From contig NC_043021.1 of NCBI RefSeq assembly GCF_006345805.1, positions 744,001 through 808,000 on the forward strand: a stretch of DNA of 64,000 bases, given 5' to 3'. The notes beneath the pieces are model-generated. The model saw only the letters and a program-made list of their open reading frames with translations. It was not told where the DNA came from and searched no databases. Every line of letters starts with the position of its first letter. Position 1 is the first letter of the stretch. Source of the stretch: Octopus sinensis. Taxonomy: Eukaryota. Positions 13,392 to 26,274 of the stretch are shown here, in pieces. A program made the position numbers and the translations under genes.

Positions 13392-13451
13392 GAGTGACCT
13401 TTGGCTTCTCAGCTACAAGACGCTTAGCATTGTAGGCGACTCGTCAGACTC
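13392..13451 (-). ncRNA. Type I hammerhead ribozyme (core partly degenerate)
   Basis: GAGU-CUGACGA-GUCGCCUACAA[loop]UUGUAGCUGA-GAAGC-CAAAG-GUC-ACUC: stem I GAGU/ACUC, CUGANGA box, stem II, short stem III, GUC cleavage triplet. Confidence 0.7.
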
Positions 13452-13733
13452 GAATAGCTGAAGGTGCAGAACCTCTCTACAACTGGAGGAAGAAGTACGT
13501 AACGGTCAGTTGGCTTTATAATCAAAAATAATTGTCCTGCTGCAGGTGGGACGGGGGTATCCTCCTGATATCGACCCCGGTCGTACTGATTCGAAGGGGC
13601 TGTAGCGTGACTATTCAATGAGTGACGAATTCGAAGTCTGAAGTATGATGAGGACATTTACTGAATACTTCTTTTTTGGCATTTAAAAAGCTCCTCAGGA
13701 CGAGCGAGTTTTTAAGGATTCTCTCTCTCTCTC

Positions 13734-13766
<33 letters not shown>

Positions 13767-14256
13767 AAGCAAAGCTTGCCTCGTTTGTTCCCGTTCATAA
13801 GTCCCCGTTTGTTCAAGGAGCTTCCACTTAATTATGTATGATGTTCCCTCCTCTTTTGAGCACCATACGTGGCTGACCAGGAACATGATGTTGCGCCATT
13901 CTGTTATCCTAAAAAGGACTTATGGTTGTTCAGACGCTGCTTGAACGATCTAAGCTTTGCTTGACAAAGAGAATAAGAATCTTAAAAGACTCACTCGAAC
14001 CGGGGACCTTGTTAAACTCCAGAAAAAAGTACTCAATACCTTCATCTAAAAAAGGTTTCCTACTTCAGCCTTGAAACTCTCCATTTATTGAATAGTCCCA
14101 CCACAGCCACTTCGAATTTCACCACAGCCGGAACCGATGTTAAGGGGATAACCCCGTTCCGCCTGCAGCAGAACAATTATTTTTGTTTACAAAACAAACT
14201 GACCGTTATGTATTTCTTCCTCCAGTTGTAGAGAGGTTATGATCCTTCAACCACTT

Positions 14257-14316
14257 GAGTCTGACGAGTCACCTATACTGATAATCGCTTTATAGATTCT
14301 AAACCAACGGTCACTC
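14257..14316 (+). ncRNA. Type I hammerhead ribozyme (core partly degenerate)
   Basis: GAGU-CUGACGA-GUCACCUAUA[loop]UAUAGAUUC-UAAAC-CAACG-GUC-ACUC. Confidence 0.7.
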
Positions 14317-14390
14317 TATGATCTGCCATAACTTTTACCTACCTAAAATATATTGCTGCTCTAATACTTGAGAGTGTGCGTCTTTTTCAG

Positions 14391-14501
14391 ATATATGAAT
14401 GGCCGGTGTGGTCTAGTTGTATGTCTGAGAAACGAGCAAGGGACAGCAATCAATGCACACCAGGAAACTGCTCCATCCGTGACAGAGACTTATACCAACG
14501 G
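14391..14501 (+). other. Candidate isolated 111-nt exon (unverified)
   Basis: TCTTTTTCAG acceptor, CGG|GTAAAT donor, open frame IYEWPVWSSCMSEKRARDSNQCTPGNCSIRDRDLYQR; no partner exons recognised. Confidence 0.2.
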
Positions 14502-15136
14502 GTAAATGTTGTGTACAATATGTATCGGAGGAAGACGAGTGATCTTCCTGGCAGTGGTTTGTGAGAACGCCAGAGGCATTTTGTCAATGTCACGTCCTCA
14601 CAGCCACATGCCTAAACGGAATCTGTCGCCTCTGTGGCTATTCGCAATACCGGCGACTATATTATTCACTGTTTCCTATTTCGTTTAGACAAGTGGCCGC
14701 GAATACATGTTATTGACAATACCCAATAAAGACAAAATGCATTTGGCGTTCTCCCTCCGATATATATTGTGTTTTTAATACAGCACGTCAATAAGAGATT
14801 TCCTATCAGACAAAATCTACAGTACCTTGCCCATCAACGGAGCATATACGTTAAGTATGATACATACATGGCTATTATAACTGCTGCAGTTTCAGATTCG
14901 GTACGAGTAAATATGATGATTATATCGCAACTTTAAAAGGTTAGTAGTGGAGCCAATGTATAGTTTGGAGAAGTTAGCTGCTTCTACATTGTTTTGGTCA
15001 ACTATGATGTTGGCGAGTTGAAGGGGTTTAACTGGAGTTGGGGCAAAACAGCCAACAGTCAAGTATTTCAAGGCCTACAAGGTTAGATTTCTTCAGGGCA
15101 CTTTTGGATAGATAGATATAGATAGATAGTGAGAGT

Positions 15137-15171
<35 letters not shown>

Positions 15172-15214
15172 AACTGCTAGATACGGAGAAAGAGATAAAG
15201 AGAAAAAGAAAGAA

Positions 15215-15287
<73 letters not shown>

Positions 15288-16029
15288 CAGACTGATTGAT
15301 TAATTGATTGATTGATTGATTGATTGATAGACAGGCAGGAAGCCAGATAGACAGATAAGAATAATCCGGGTCCATTCTTACGTGAAGTGTGGTCAATATG
15401 ATGAAGAGTTTATTGGGTCCTGGGCCAGTTTTATTTCACTTCCAACTACCACCACCAACACTACCACCGTCAACATCACCACCACCACCAACACCATCAC
15501 AGCTACGTCCAGGACAACCACCACTCTAACCACTTCTCAATTATTGCCTTAACGCAGTTTGCTTGACATTCCTAACTAGATCACCACATCTACAACCATC
15601 ACCATCACCAACACCAACAACGCCACCACCACCGCCACCTCACCACCACAACGACCATCACTATACCGAGCAACTCCTATACAAACCAGTCAACAAAGGA
15701 ACTCTTATATGGTCCCTCATTCTGCTAGAAATAACAAGTAAATTTCCTTCAAATTACAGCTAACGTCTTAGAAAAGGAAGCAGAATAATATAGGGGTGGA
15801 ATGTAGGGAATGGAGTGATGGTCACGATTGGAATATCGTTGATCAGTGGTTTGCTCGACTGGGCTTGGAGCTAAACAACAACAAAATCCCTTAAACACGC
15901 CGCTACCCCTAATGTCACCCCCCCCCACACACACACACATTTATATCAACGGTCCTATATACACACACACACATGCTCACTCTCTCTCACTCTCTCTCTT
16001 TCTCTCATACACACCACCACCATCACCAC

Positions 16030-16315
16030 CACCAACAGCTCCCGTCATAATCCAGTCGCTGTTTGTTTTGGCCATTATCTTTCTCTCGTCAATTTCCCAG
16101 CCGCCATCACCAGCAGCGGCGTTGCTCCACCTAGCGGCTGAGCCAGGAGCGACCGGCCATAACTCTGTGTAACTTGAGCCGTTATTCTACAAGGAAGGCG
16201 GCATCGGGTTGCGCAGAGAATGACTGTGTGGCGTTTTAACAACGGAAATTAGTGATGGTTGTCTGTCAAACATGGCCGATGCTGCTGCCGCGGCCCGCGC
16301 TCCGTCTCCCGCCAC
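16030..16315. promoter_or_regulatory. CpG-rich unique island with CTCF-like motif and homeodomain-type sites
   Basis: Minus-strand GCCGCTAGGTGGAGCA at 16123-16138; TAATGGCC, TTATGGCC, TTATGAC and TGACAG motifs; high CpG content between microsatellites. Confidence 0.4.
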
Positions 16316-16622
16316 ACAAACAGAAGCACACACCACACACACCAGTGTGTGTGTATATACACAGATATATATTTGTATGTATGGGTGTGTATATATATAT
16401 ACATATACTTGTACATATATATATAGATAATATATATATATATATATTATATATATATATTATATATATATATATATATATATGTATATGTATTAGTATA
16501 TGAATATATGTATACACACACCCATACATACATAAATTCACATATTTTGGTCTTCTCTCTACATATATTCACACAGACAGAACAATGAGTGTGTTTGTGC
16601 GTGTGTGAGTGCACATTCAGAC

Positions 16623-16663
<41 letters not shown>

Positions 16664-17638
16664 ACACACACACACACACACATACAGCTATCAATTTTCA
16701 ACACACACACGTAAGTCTGCTCCACGCACATACATACATACATACACACAGACACACACACACACATCTCTGTACAACTATCAATTTTCACCACAATCTA
16801 TCTAATTATTCGATACCCCTAATCCACCCGACCTGCTCCCTTTCACTCTCTCCCTCCCTCCCTCCCTCTCCCCTCCCCCTTCGCCCCTTTTATTGCTGCT
16901 CCTTTCTCATCTTTCTCTTCAAAAAAGACTCGCACAAACAACAACTGCAGCAATAACAACGGCAACAACATTTACATCAAGAAAATGACAAACAACAACA
17001 ACAACAACAACATGGAGACAATCCCGTTTTACTGTCAAGAAAATCTCTCCTTTCCGTGTGTAAACACAAAACACTCAACGGAAACAGAGCCGCATTGATG
17101 ATGATGATGATGATGATGATGATGAGATGAGGGCGGTGGTGGTGGTGGTGGTGGTGGTGGTGGTGGCGGCCTGATAATGATGACGACGACGATGATGATG
17201 ATGATGGTGATGATTACGTTGATGAAGTATATGTATACGCACATGTATACATATGTACCTACGCACACACACACACACACACATAGACATATATATACAC
17301 ACATATATATACGTATTCGTAGTTACGTAAACATATTTGTGTATATACAATACATACATATGCATGTATATGAACACGTATACATATGTTATACATATGT
17401 AGATGTATATGTATATAGATATACATACATATGTAGATGTAGATTATATGTATATTCAAGCACAAATGTACTCACATATACACTCATGCAACAAAGCATG
17501 CACATATTTTTATATCTATAACATTATCTATATATATATATATAATATATATATAATATATATATTATATATATATACACCATACATACATACATTACGT
17601 ACATACCCATATTACATACATACATATAATATATATAT

Positions 17639-17689
<51 letters not shown>

Positions 17690-17932
17690 TATATATAATA
17701 TATATTATGTATGTATGCATGTATGTATATACATACATGTATACATACATGCAAACATATATACATATATAACAATGTACATACATAAGAATATAAAATT
17801 TAACGCGTACATATCATGAGCACACTCACACACACACACATACGTACACAAACATCTATATACTCTACTTGTTTGTATTGAGTTCTTTTGTTTCGTGTTG
17901 CTACACTGAAGCATACATACACATTTATGTAT

Positions 17933-18005
<73 letters not shown>

Positions 18006-18229
18006 ACACATTCGGTGTATCACGTTACCGATATCTCTAAACAGTTGTATACACTCGGTGAGCCATTAAAAATATTAACAAGAACAGCAACAACAACAAC
18101 AACAACATCGACGACGATAACAAGAACAACAATATTAGCAACAACAATAAAGTAATAAGAACAATGTCGTTTGTTATTTGATTGAAAAAACGAGAGTGGT
18201 GGGGGGGGGGTTAGCATGGAAGAATGTGA

Positions 18230-18502
18230 CCGACTCTTTGAGGATTGCCAGAAAATGGTGGATGAGAAAAAGAGGGAGAAAAGTTATGTGGATGAAATGA
18301 ATGGGTTTCGATGTCTTGAACCGGATTGTGGAAAAGGGGAACCAACGAGCCAGGGTTAAACAGGGAACATCGCTGAACACAACGAAAATTAGTCGAATGA
18401 CCAAAAGAAAGTGCCTTTTCCCGGCGGAGTTCTCCAGATTCAAGGTGCATCTTGACAGGAGGGCTAACCATCCGGACCATTCCCATTTTCTGGAGTACAA
18501 CA

Positions 18503-18557
<55 letters not shown>

Positions 18558-19230
18558 GTCAGTCTCTCCTCATAATTTCTTTCGCTCTCGCCTCTTCTCT
18601 CTCTCTCCTTCTCTCTCTTTCTCTCTTTCTCTCTCTCTCTCTTTCCATTTATCTATATATCCCACCCCAACTTGTCTCTACTGGAACTGGAAAAGTGGGT
18701 CCTCTTCTTAAAGAAGGGGAAACTGTCCTGCCCCGTCCTCAATCCTTTCAGTCTTGTCCACGAAACAACCTCTTTCGCGATAGCCACCAGCCCGAAGTAC
18801 GTGTTCTTCCCGGCCCAAGGAAGGCGGTGAAGCAATTCCCACGATGGACTCGCCTCATAGCCAAGTCCTTCCTACATGGAACAACAGATGTTCGACCAAA
18901 CTCCACAAATCAGTCAGCGATGGGCACTGAACGAATGCCTGCAGCGTCATTTGCGCTGACGATCCGACTGTGTCTGTGGACTTTATTCCGGACCAGTTTT
19001 GTGCTCCTGTGGCAGAGAAGACATTTTTATGAGTTACTCACAGACACCGAACTGAAAGTATTTCGCAATATGCTGACCGGGTGACCCTCGACGATGAAAC
19101 GCGGCCACTCTGTTTGTCATCGTTTCTCGGCTCAACTGGCCCCTGGTCTAGAAAAACGTGGTTGAGAGGGGAAAGGTTTGTCATACGGCGGCCAACGCAG
19201 TTCGTCTCCGTCACCTCAGTCCAGTGCATG
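18230..19230 (-). mobile_element. Tx1/L1-clade LINE ORF2 C-terminus and 3' UTR remnant, interrupted by (GA)n
   Basis: Minus strand gives VRNKVHRH, AFVQCPSLTDLWSLVEHLL, GESIVGIASPPSL and FGLVAIAKEVVSWTRLKGLRTG across frameshifts and stops. Confidence 0.7.
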
Positions 19231-20721
19231 GGCGGTTGTGGTGGTGGCGGGGGCGGTTGCAGTGGTGGCGGTGGTGATGGTGGTGGTAGTGGTGGTGAAG
19301 ATGATGATGAAAGGAGGAGGACGACGACGATGACGATGACGAGGACAAGGAGGAGGAGGGTGGTGATCAACATTCATCAATCAACATTAATCTACAGTCA
19401 CGTGTCATTAGTCATCAGTAATCAACAATATTCACCAATCATCATTCAACAATCAACAGCACTCGTTAGTCATCAGTCTAAATCTGATAAGTAGTTTTAC
19501 GTTTATTTAGTTACTCCTCTCTCTCTCTTTCTCACTTCGTCTGGGACGGTGTGTGTGTGTGTGTGCGTGTGTGTGTGCATGTGTGTACGTGTGTGCATGT
19601 ATATTTCTGTGCGCAACTACATGTATATGCGTGTTTATGTATATATATATGTGTGTATGTATCATTGTCTATGTATGTCAGTGTGTGCGCGTGTGTGTGT
19701 GTGGTGTGTGTGTGTATTTATCTATAGATATGAATGTAGTTGTGTGTATGTCTATGACTATGTTTTTATGTTCATATGTGAAAGTGGGGAAACGTGTATG
19801 TTTGTGTGTATATATGTGTTTATGTGTGTGTAAACATGAGTGGATATGTGTGCGTGCGTGTGCGTGCGTGCGTGTGTGTGTGTGTGTGAATGTCTTGGGT
19901 TTCAAAATTTGTCGGAATAGGATGAAACCCGAGAAAAGGGAGTGTATTTGGGGGCTGGGAGTGGAAGAAGGGAGAGGAAGGGGTTGGCGGCGGGAAAGGA
20001 GGCCTATGTAAAGAAACCCAGCGAAAAATCCCAAATGTTCCAAAAGAGGGAGGAATGTTCAAGAAGACGAGAAGACTGTCTGTCAGCCTGTCGGCATGTC
20101 TGTCCGTCTGTCTGTATGTCAGCTTGTCTGTCTGTCTGTCTGTCTGTTGATCTGTTGGTCGGTCGGTTTATAAGTATGTCAAGCTGTCTATCTGCCTGTC
20201 TGTCTGTCTGTTTGTCCCTCTTTATTCTTAGGGAGACAGGAATGTTACAAGACGGGAGAGGCGTTAATTTATTCCAAGTTTTTCCTAAAAACAAAAATAA
20301 ACAAAAAAGACAGAAAAATTACAAAAAAATGCAAGAATAACAAATATGTAAAACATGTATTAAAAAAATAAAGAAAAACTGTTTTCAAATGTGATCTAGA
20401 GATATGTGTGTGTGTGTATGTGTGTGTATATATGTGCGCGCGCGTGTGTGTGTGTGTGTACATATGTTGAAATATGTGTGTGTATAACATTCTTAAAACA
20501 TTTCCAATTATTTTTTTAATACTTTTAAAAATGCATAAAACTTTTAAAGCCCCAACAAAATTTAGGCACACACACACACACACACACACACAACATACAA
20601 CATACATACATACATACATACATATACATACATACATACATATATATATATATATACATACATATATATATACATACATACATATATATATACACACACA
20701 CATATATATATATATATATAT

Positions 20722-20758
<37 letters not shown>

Positions 20759-21099
20759 CTTTCGTTGTCTGTATGTGTATATCTTTCGTTTCGTTGTCTG
20801 GTTAAAAAGATCCTTTGCAACTGGCGGTAGATTCGAACCCGCTGTGTCGAAGTTGCTGCACAGTGGATAAAATTGTCCGGAAGCTTTGCGAAAACTTGTG
20901 TGAAGGGGGGGGGGGTTGTTTTAATTCTTCGGGGGTTAACTTAATCCGTCGTGCAGTTTAACAATCCCCACCACCTCCCATCCGTTTTGGATGTCTTTGG
21001 TGGGGTCCACTTTGTTATTAGCGGTCAGAAGGAGCAGGTCTCCGGACAAAGTTGTTTTCCATTGTAACTTTCAGTATCATAACGAGGTCCTTAATAATA

Positions 21100-21780
21100 A
21101 TAGTCTCACTAATAAAATCCACACCAAGAATCATAAGTATTAAAAATATGCTGTGGCTTAATCCACCTTGCAGAGCAAATGTTCGTGCAATTCTTGATAT
21201 GAAAATAACATACGATAAAAGAAATACGATTAAAACCATTAGTTCTTGTATATTTCAAAACAAAAAAAGCTGTTCATCACAAATTACATAATCTTCATTA
21301 TCACACCCCACCTCACATTTTGTAACTTCAATATTCCGAACAAATTTCTCCTTAGCGGCAATTATCTCTCTCATGCTTTGGTCTACAGTGCTACATTCTT
21401 CCTTGACAAAATTCACAGCCCTAAATCTTATAAGGACCTTAGTGAAAATTCTTTTAAAACAATAAATGATCAACACAACTGTGCCTTTGAAAAGACAAGA
21501 TAGAAGTTGCGATAAGACTTCTCTAAGTACGATTAGTCTTTGGGAGATACAGAACGTATTGCTTTTCAATTCGACGAGTGAATCTATTTTTGCTCTCTCC
21601 AATAATTTTTCTTTCTCTTTTTTTTCAAATTTTAGCTCCAAACTTTGCTTCAATGTATTCCAAGATAACAATTATTTCAATAAACATTCAGAACTGCTCA
21701 GTTTTTGCAAGAACTCTGTTAAGTTTATGTCTCACAATCTTCTCCTCCGGCATATTTTCTCTAATTCTCAGAAATCGAGT
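21100..21780 (+). mobile_element. Penelope-like element remnant, RT linker to GIY-YIG endonuclease
   Basis: KNMLWLNPPCRANV (WFNPP motif), CNFNIPNKFLLSGNYLSHALVYSAT and KSYKDLSENSFKT..QHNCAF. Confidence 0.75.
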
Positions 21781-21989
21781 CTTATAAATCCGCTACGAAC
21801 CACTTCACTTGCATCGCATTATTGTCATCTTCTCACATAGACACCAACCTTGTTATTACAACATTTTTCGGACGTATATTTCTCTATATAAACTATTTTC
21901 ATTTCATTTTGTTTATAGCATTTATTATTCCTCAATGCTGAAAAGTTTGTATGTGTTTTTTTGTTTGTTTTATCTATTCTTCATCATGT

Positions 21990-22523
21990 GACGACCAACT
22001 GTTGCATTGCCAGACAGCAGCAGTCTTTTGTCATTTTCCTTTAATCAATGAGTGATTGCCATAGGATTCACAGCAGATGCTCTGAAGAAAGGCAACGACA
22101 AGCATGGAGTGACGAACGATGGTGATTCGACGATTGCCTCTCACAGCTGTACGCACATCTACGATGTCTTTTCTCATTTCTGCTGGTTGTGGGTCTCCCA
22201 GAATGTTCGTCAAGATCGACATTTTTCGGCCATCTTGGAAACGTCTGAACCACTCCCACGTGCAGCTCATACACTCCTCTCCGTACACTTTCTGCAACCT
22301 TGCGTAACCTTCTGAGCAGGTATCGCCATGGCCAATGCGACGATCACACGCTACACACCTTCCTCCCAAGCACTGCTGTAAACAGCGGAAGCGAGTCAGA
22401 AGGTTAAACCGTAGTACGTATGCTCGGCAGGGTTCAAGGTCAGTCGGTGTCAAGCGATTTTACTCTGTGTGCTTTAGCTTTGTTGCTATGGCAACAGTTC
22501 GGATACTTATTGATCAGACCTCA
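21990..22523 (-). mobile_element. mariner transposon 5' part (TIR + HTH region of transposase), degenerate
   Basis: TA|TGAGGTCTGATCAATAAGTATCCGAACTG terminus; GDTCSEGYARLQKVYGEECMS..WFRRFQDGR, DEHSGRPTTSRNE and VRGNRRITI. Confidence 0.85.
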
Positions 22524-22534
22524 TATGTGTGACT

Positions 22535-22596
<62 letters not shown>

Positions 22597-22696
22597 GGAA
22601 AGAGAAGGGAGATGTACGCGCGCATGTATGTATATATCTATATATGTATGCGTATGGCTAAATAGATATATGAGCTTATATCCACGTATGTCAACC

Positions 22697-22740
<44 letters not shown>

Positions 22741-23854
22741 AAATATTTTGCGTCCTCCAGAGATATTCTACCCTAATCAACGACATACCATGAAAGTCAT
22801 TTTTATGACGCACCTCCTCCACCAACACTACAACCACCACAACCACCTACCCTTCTCCTTAAACACTCCCCAAACTCTTTATCTAGCCTACATATATCCC
22901 CACCGCCACCATCAACAACACCATCAATAGCAACATCTCCCGCACCCACCCGGCCACCCCTATATTCCAACTACCCCAATTATCTATTTATCTTTCCCTT
23001 TTATTACATAATTTACCAGCCAACCCTTACAACCCATCCACCCTTAATATATATACCCACCCCTAATAAATATGCTTGTGTTCCCCATTCTTGACATATT
23101 TCTCACACGCAGCTTTCCCGCTTTCTTCACCCCACCTTACTCAATAATTTCAGTTGGGACTCCAATGTTGTTGTTGTTGTTATCTGTGGGTGGGTGGGTG
23201 GACGGGTGGGTGTTGATGTGCTTGTGTGTATGTGTGTCGTATGTGTGTGTGTGTGTGTGTGTGTGCGTACGAGTGTGTTGTGAGTATGTGTACCTGTATG
23301 TGTGTGTGTGTGTTTTGTGTGAGTCTGTTTCATTGCAAACACACAAACACACACACATACACAAACATTTATGTGCGTGTATATGCACGTATGTATACAT
23401 ACATGCATCTATGTAGGTATGAATCGATTATATTTGTATGTATGTATTGACGTGTGTGTGTGTGTGCGTTTGTATATATCGAGAAATGCTGACACCCAAA
23501 TTCATAAATCATCAAACAACCTAGAAATCGATCCTTCAACCCTCGGAGTTCCAGTCTACCCAGCTGTAAGGCTACAGCGTTGCATTATTCGCAGTGTTGT
23601 ACTTATATATTCACGCATGCATGTATGTAGATTTGTATATGTATGCATGTATGTGTGTATGTATGCATGTGTATACGTGTGTGTGTGTGTATGTATGCAT
23701 GTGTGTACGTGTGTGTGTGTGTATGTATGCATGTGTGTGCGTGTGCGTTTGTGTGTGTTGTGTGTGTGTGTGTTGTGTGTGTGTGTGTGTATGTGTGTGT
23801 GTGTGTGCCTGCTTCGTTGTAGATTGTCTATAATAGAACTGCCCCAACTACAGA

Positions 23855-23975
23855 AGTTGCCTTAATTACAGAAGTTGACTTAACGATTCAATTGTCCTTT
23901 TCATGTTCAGTCGTTAAGTGAGATATCGTTAAATGAGACATCGTTAAGTGAGACATTGTTAAGTGAGAAGTAAAT
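23855..23975. repeat. Four tandem 15-bp TCGTTAAGTGAGACA-like units plus an inverted CTTAACGA copy; possible Tigger/pogo-type subterminal repeats
   Basis: Units at ~23911, 23926, 23941 and 23956; duplicated TACAGAAGTTG upstream. Confidence 0.5.
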
Positions 23976-25865
23976 TTTCATTGACATAACGTTATAAGCA
24001 GTAGTTTCTTTCTCACGGATGAAATTTGATATAAGAATTTTTTTAAAAACGCTAAATAAAACAATAAAACAACAATTTTGACATAAACGATGATTTAATT
24101 AAATTTAGCATTCACATATAATTAATTACCATTATTTATTTTTTCTTGTTATTAATCACAGGATGTTTTCTTGGGTTTTTTTTTACCGTCGTTTTTAGGT
24201 CTTGTAGTGATTCGAATCCCAACCGTTAGATACTTAAATTAGACAACACAACTGAGTCACCACAGTTTCACGTGATTAATCTATATAAATCGACCAATCA
24301 GCGTGAAGCTGTGGCGTGATATGGTTTCTCGAATGTTCTAGAATTTACCCGCTTTTCACCCCATAAGCCGTTTGGCGCCTAATCCACAAGGCAGACGATC
24401 TCCGGCATTCGAGCAGGCGATTTCTGGTCCTCGGACAGGCCCATTCTGAACATTCGCACACGATTTACTATGGGTAGCTTTCCACGGGCACGGCGCAGAT
24501 TTCTCTCATCCCAGTCGGCAATTGTATTATTAGCATCTTTCATTGTAAATAGCCAACACAAAATATCATGTCCGGTAATAATTTTTAAAGTTAAAGTTTC
24601 CTCACTTTGCTTTAGTTATTATTCACACAGCCAACATTCCATGTCGCTACAGCACAATACAAACCAATCTTTCATCGTAACAACGTTGACCAAGACGCAG
24701 ACAATATATCATCCTTGACCAGCTCCACACAAGCAACAATTAAGCAACATCATGACAGCTTCATCACTCCTTATTACTTTCGCCCTCATATTTCATTCTT
24801 TTGAAGCAAACTCATACAGTTTCTCTTTATAAATACATCAAAAGTCTCTCGTGGCCATTACATTTATTTTTCTCTATAAATTTCACAAGAGCTGACGTAA
24901 ACTTTATTTAAATCTACAGCAATGGTTTTGTTATTGTTGTTGTTGCTGCTGCTGTTGTTTTTGTTGTGTTTTGTGGGGTTTTTTTATACTGATTTCATAA
25001 TTTTACTCTTGAGACTAAAACTTCTCCACCATTTTTGGAATATGTGAAAAGACTTCGTCGACCACTTCGAGACTGAAAGACTAAACAGGAGTTTCCGTTG
25101 GTATATCTTCCTCAAGTTGGGCTAATCTTTGAGTCAAATCCAAATGCATTCGATCAAAGGTTTTCAGACAAAAGAGTTGCGGGGAGAACCGGAAAACAGT
25201 ATTTGCGCCCAACGCAAAACAAAAAAAAAAAATCACATGCAAACCATATGACTAAAGGGGCGGAAAGCCACTCTTATACACATCATTGAGGAGCATTGCA
25301 TTATCTAAACTTTTAAAGCAATTCTTATGAACGTTTAGCATTTCTTTTGTGCAGTTTTTTTTAAAGTTTATACCTTTTCAAAAACCATCAATAAAGCGGT
25401 TATCTTTTAATGATGCATTGCAGCGTTCGTTGAGCGGGTAAACATCAAGTTTGCCTTTGGGCAGACAAAATGCAGAAACCAGGAGTGTAATGGAGGTGAG
25501 TGGCAAAGTAAATAAGGTGTAGTTTATTATATAAAATATGTTGTATATCTGGGTGTTGCTGTATACCCCGGATGTTGTGGCATATCAGGGTGTGACGTTA
25601 ATGCAGAAAATAGAGAAAATATTTGCAAAACAATTCAGAAGAAATTCATAGAATTGTTCTCAAAATCTTGTCTTATTTTCTGCAAGAGGCATCAGCTTGA
25701 AGCAAGTCGACCTTTAAAACACTTTCGGTTTAGCTGTTAAGCAGATATCAAAATGAACGAGCCTCTACGCAGTCATTCGATCTGTTAAAAATAGCAGCCA
25801 AATCATCTTCCTGCCAGTCCCTACAATATACATACATACACACACACACAAACACACACACACAG

Positions 25866-26009
<144 letters not shown>

Positions 26010-26014
26010 GTGTG

Positions 26015-26214
26015 TGTAATGTGACCTCGTGTGTACCGTTGGCGATTTTTTTCCTCTGTCTTCCCTTCTCTGGATCTTTCCTTCTCCTATGTTTCCGACG
26101 AAGAGCTCCGCTCGAAACGTTAAACCCTCCTTCTTTCCTGAGCGTCCAATAATACTATATTTGTTCCACGTCCTCGCGTTGTTGTGTTTTTTTTGTGCTT
26201 TCTTGTTTGGATTA

Positions 26215-26220
<6 letters not shown>
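26015..26220 (+). mobile_element. Short PLE-type pseudo-LTR fragment in (TA)n carrying a minimal hammerhead (26091-26125)
   Basis: GUUU-CCGACGA-A-GAGC-UCC-GCUC-GAAA-CGUU-AAAC: stem I GUUU/AAAC, stem II GAGC/GCUC, palindromic AACGUU stem III. Confidence 0.65.

Positions 26221-26274
<54 letters not shown>

Larger units (their letters stand above)
13375..14335. mobile_element. Inverted pair of Penelope-like element 3' ends/pseudo-LTRs (~400-bp arms)
   Basis: 13375-13780 is the diverged reverse complement of 13945-14335; the minus strand encodes SHVWCSKEEGTSYIIKWKLLEQ and KLCLRE, typical of the PLE C-terminus after the GIY-YIG domain; a hammerhead lies near each outer end. Confidence 0.75.

Noticed and set aside
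18452-19084. 210-aa plus-strand ORF
   Set aside because: Antisense shadow of the Tx1 ORF2 remnant plus a (CT)n tract.
20815-20870. GGTTCGAATC B-box on the minus strand suggesting a tRNA
   Set aside because: No complete cloverleaf; most likely a SINE head relic.
25485-25596. Possible ~110-bp solo LTR with AATAAA on the minus strand
   Set aside because: One terminus is not TG/CA, there is no TSD and no second copy in the window.
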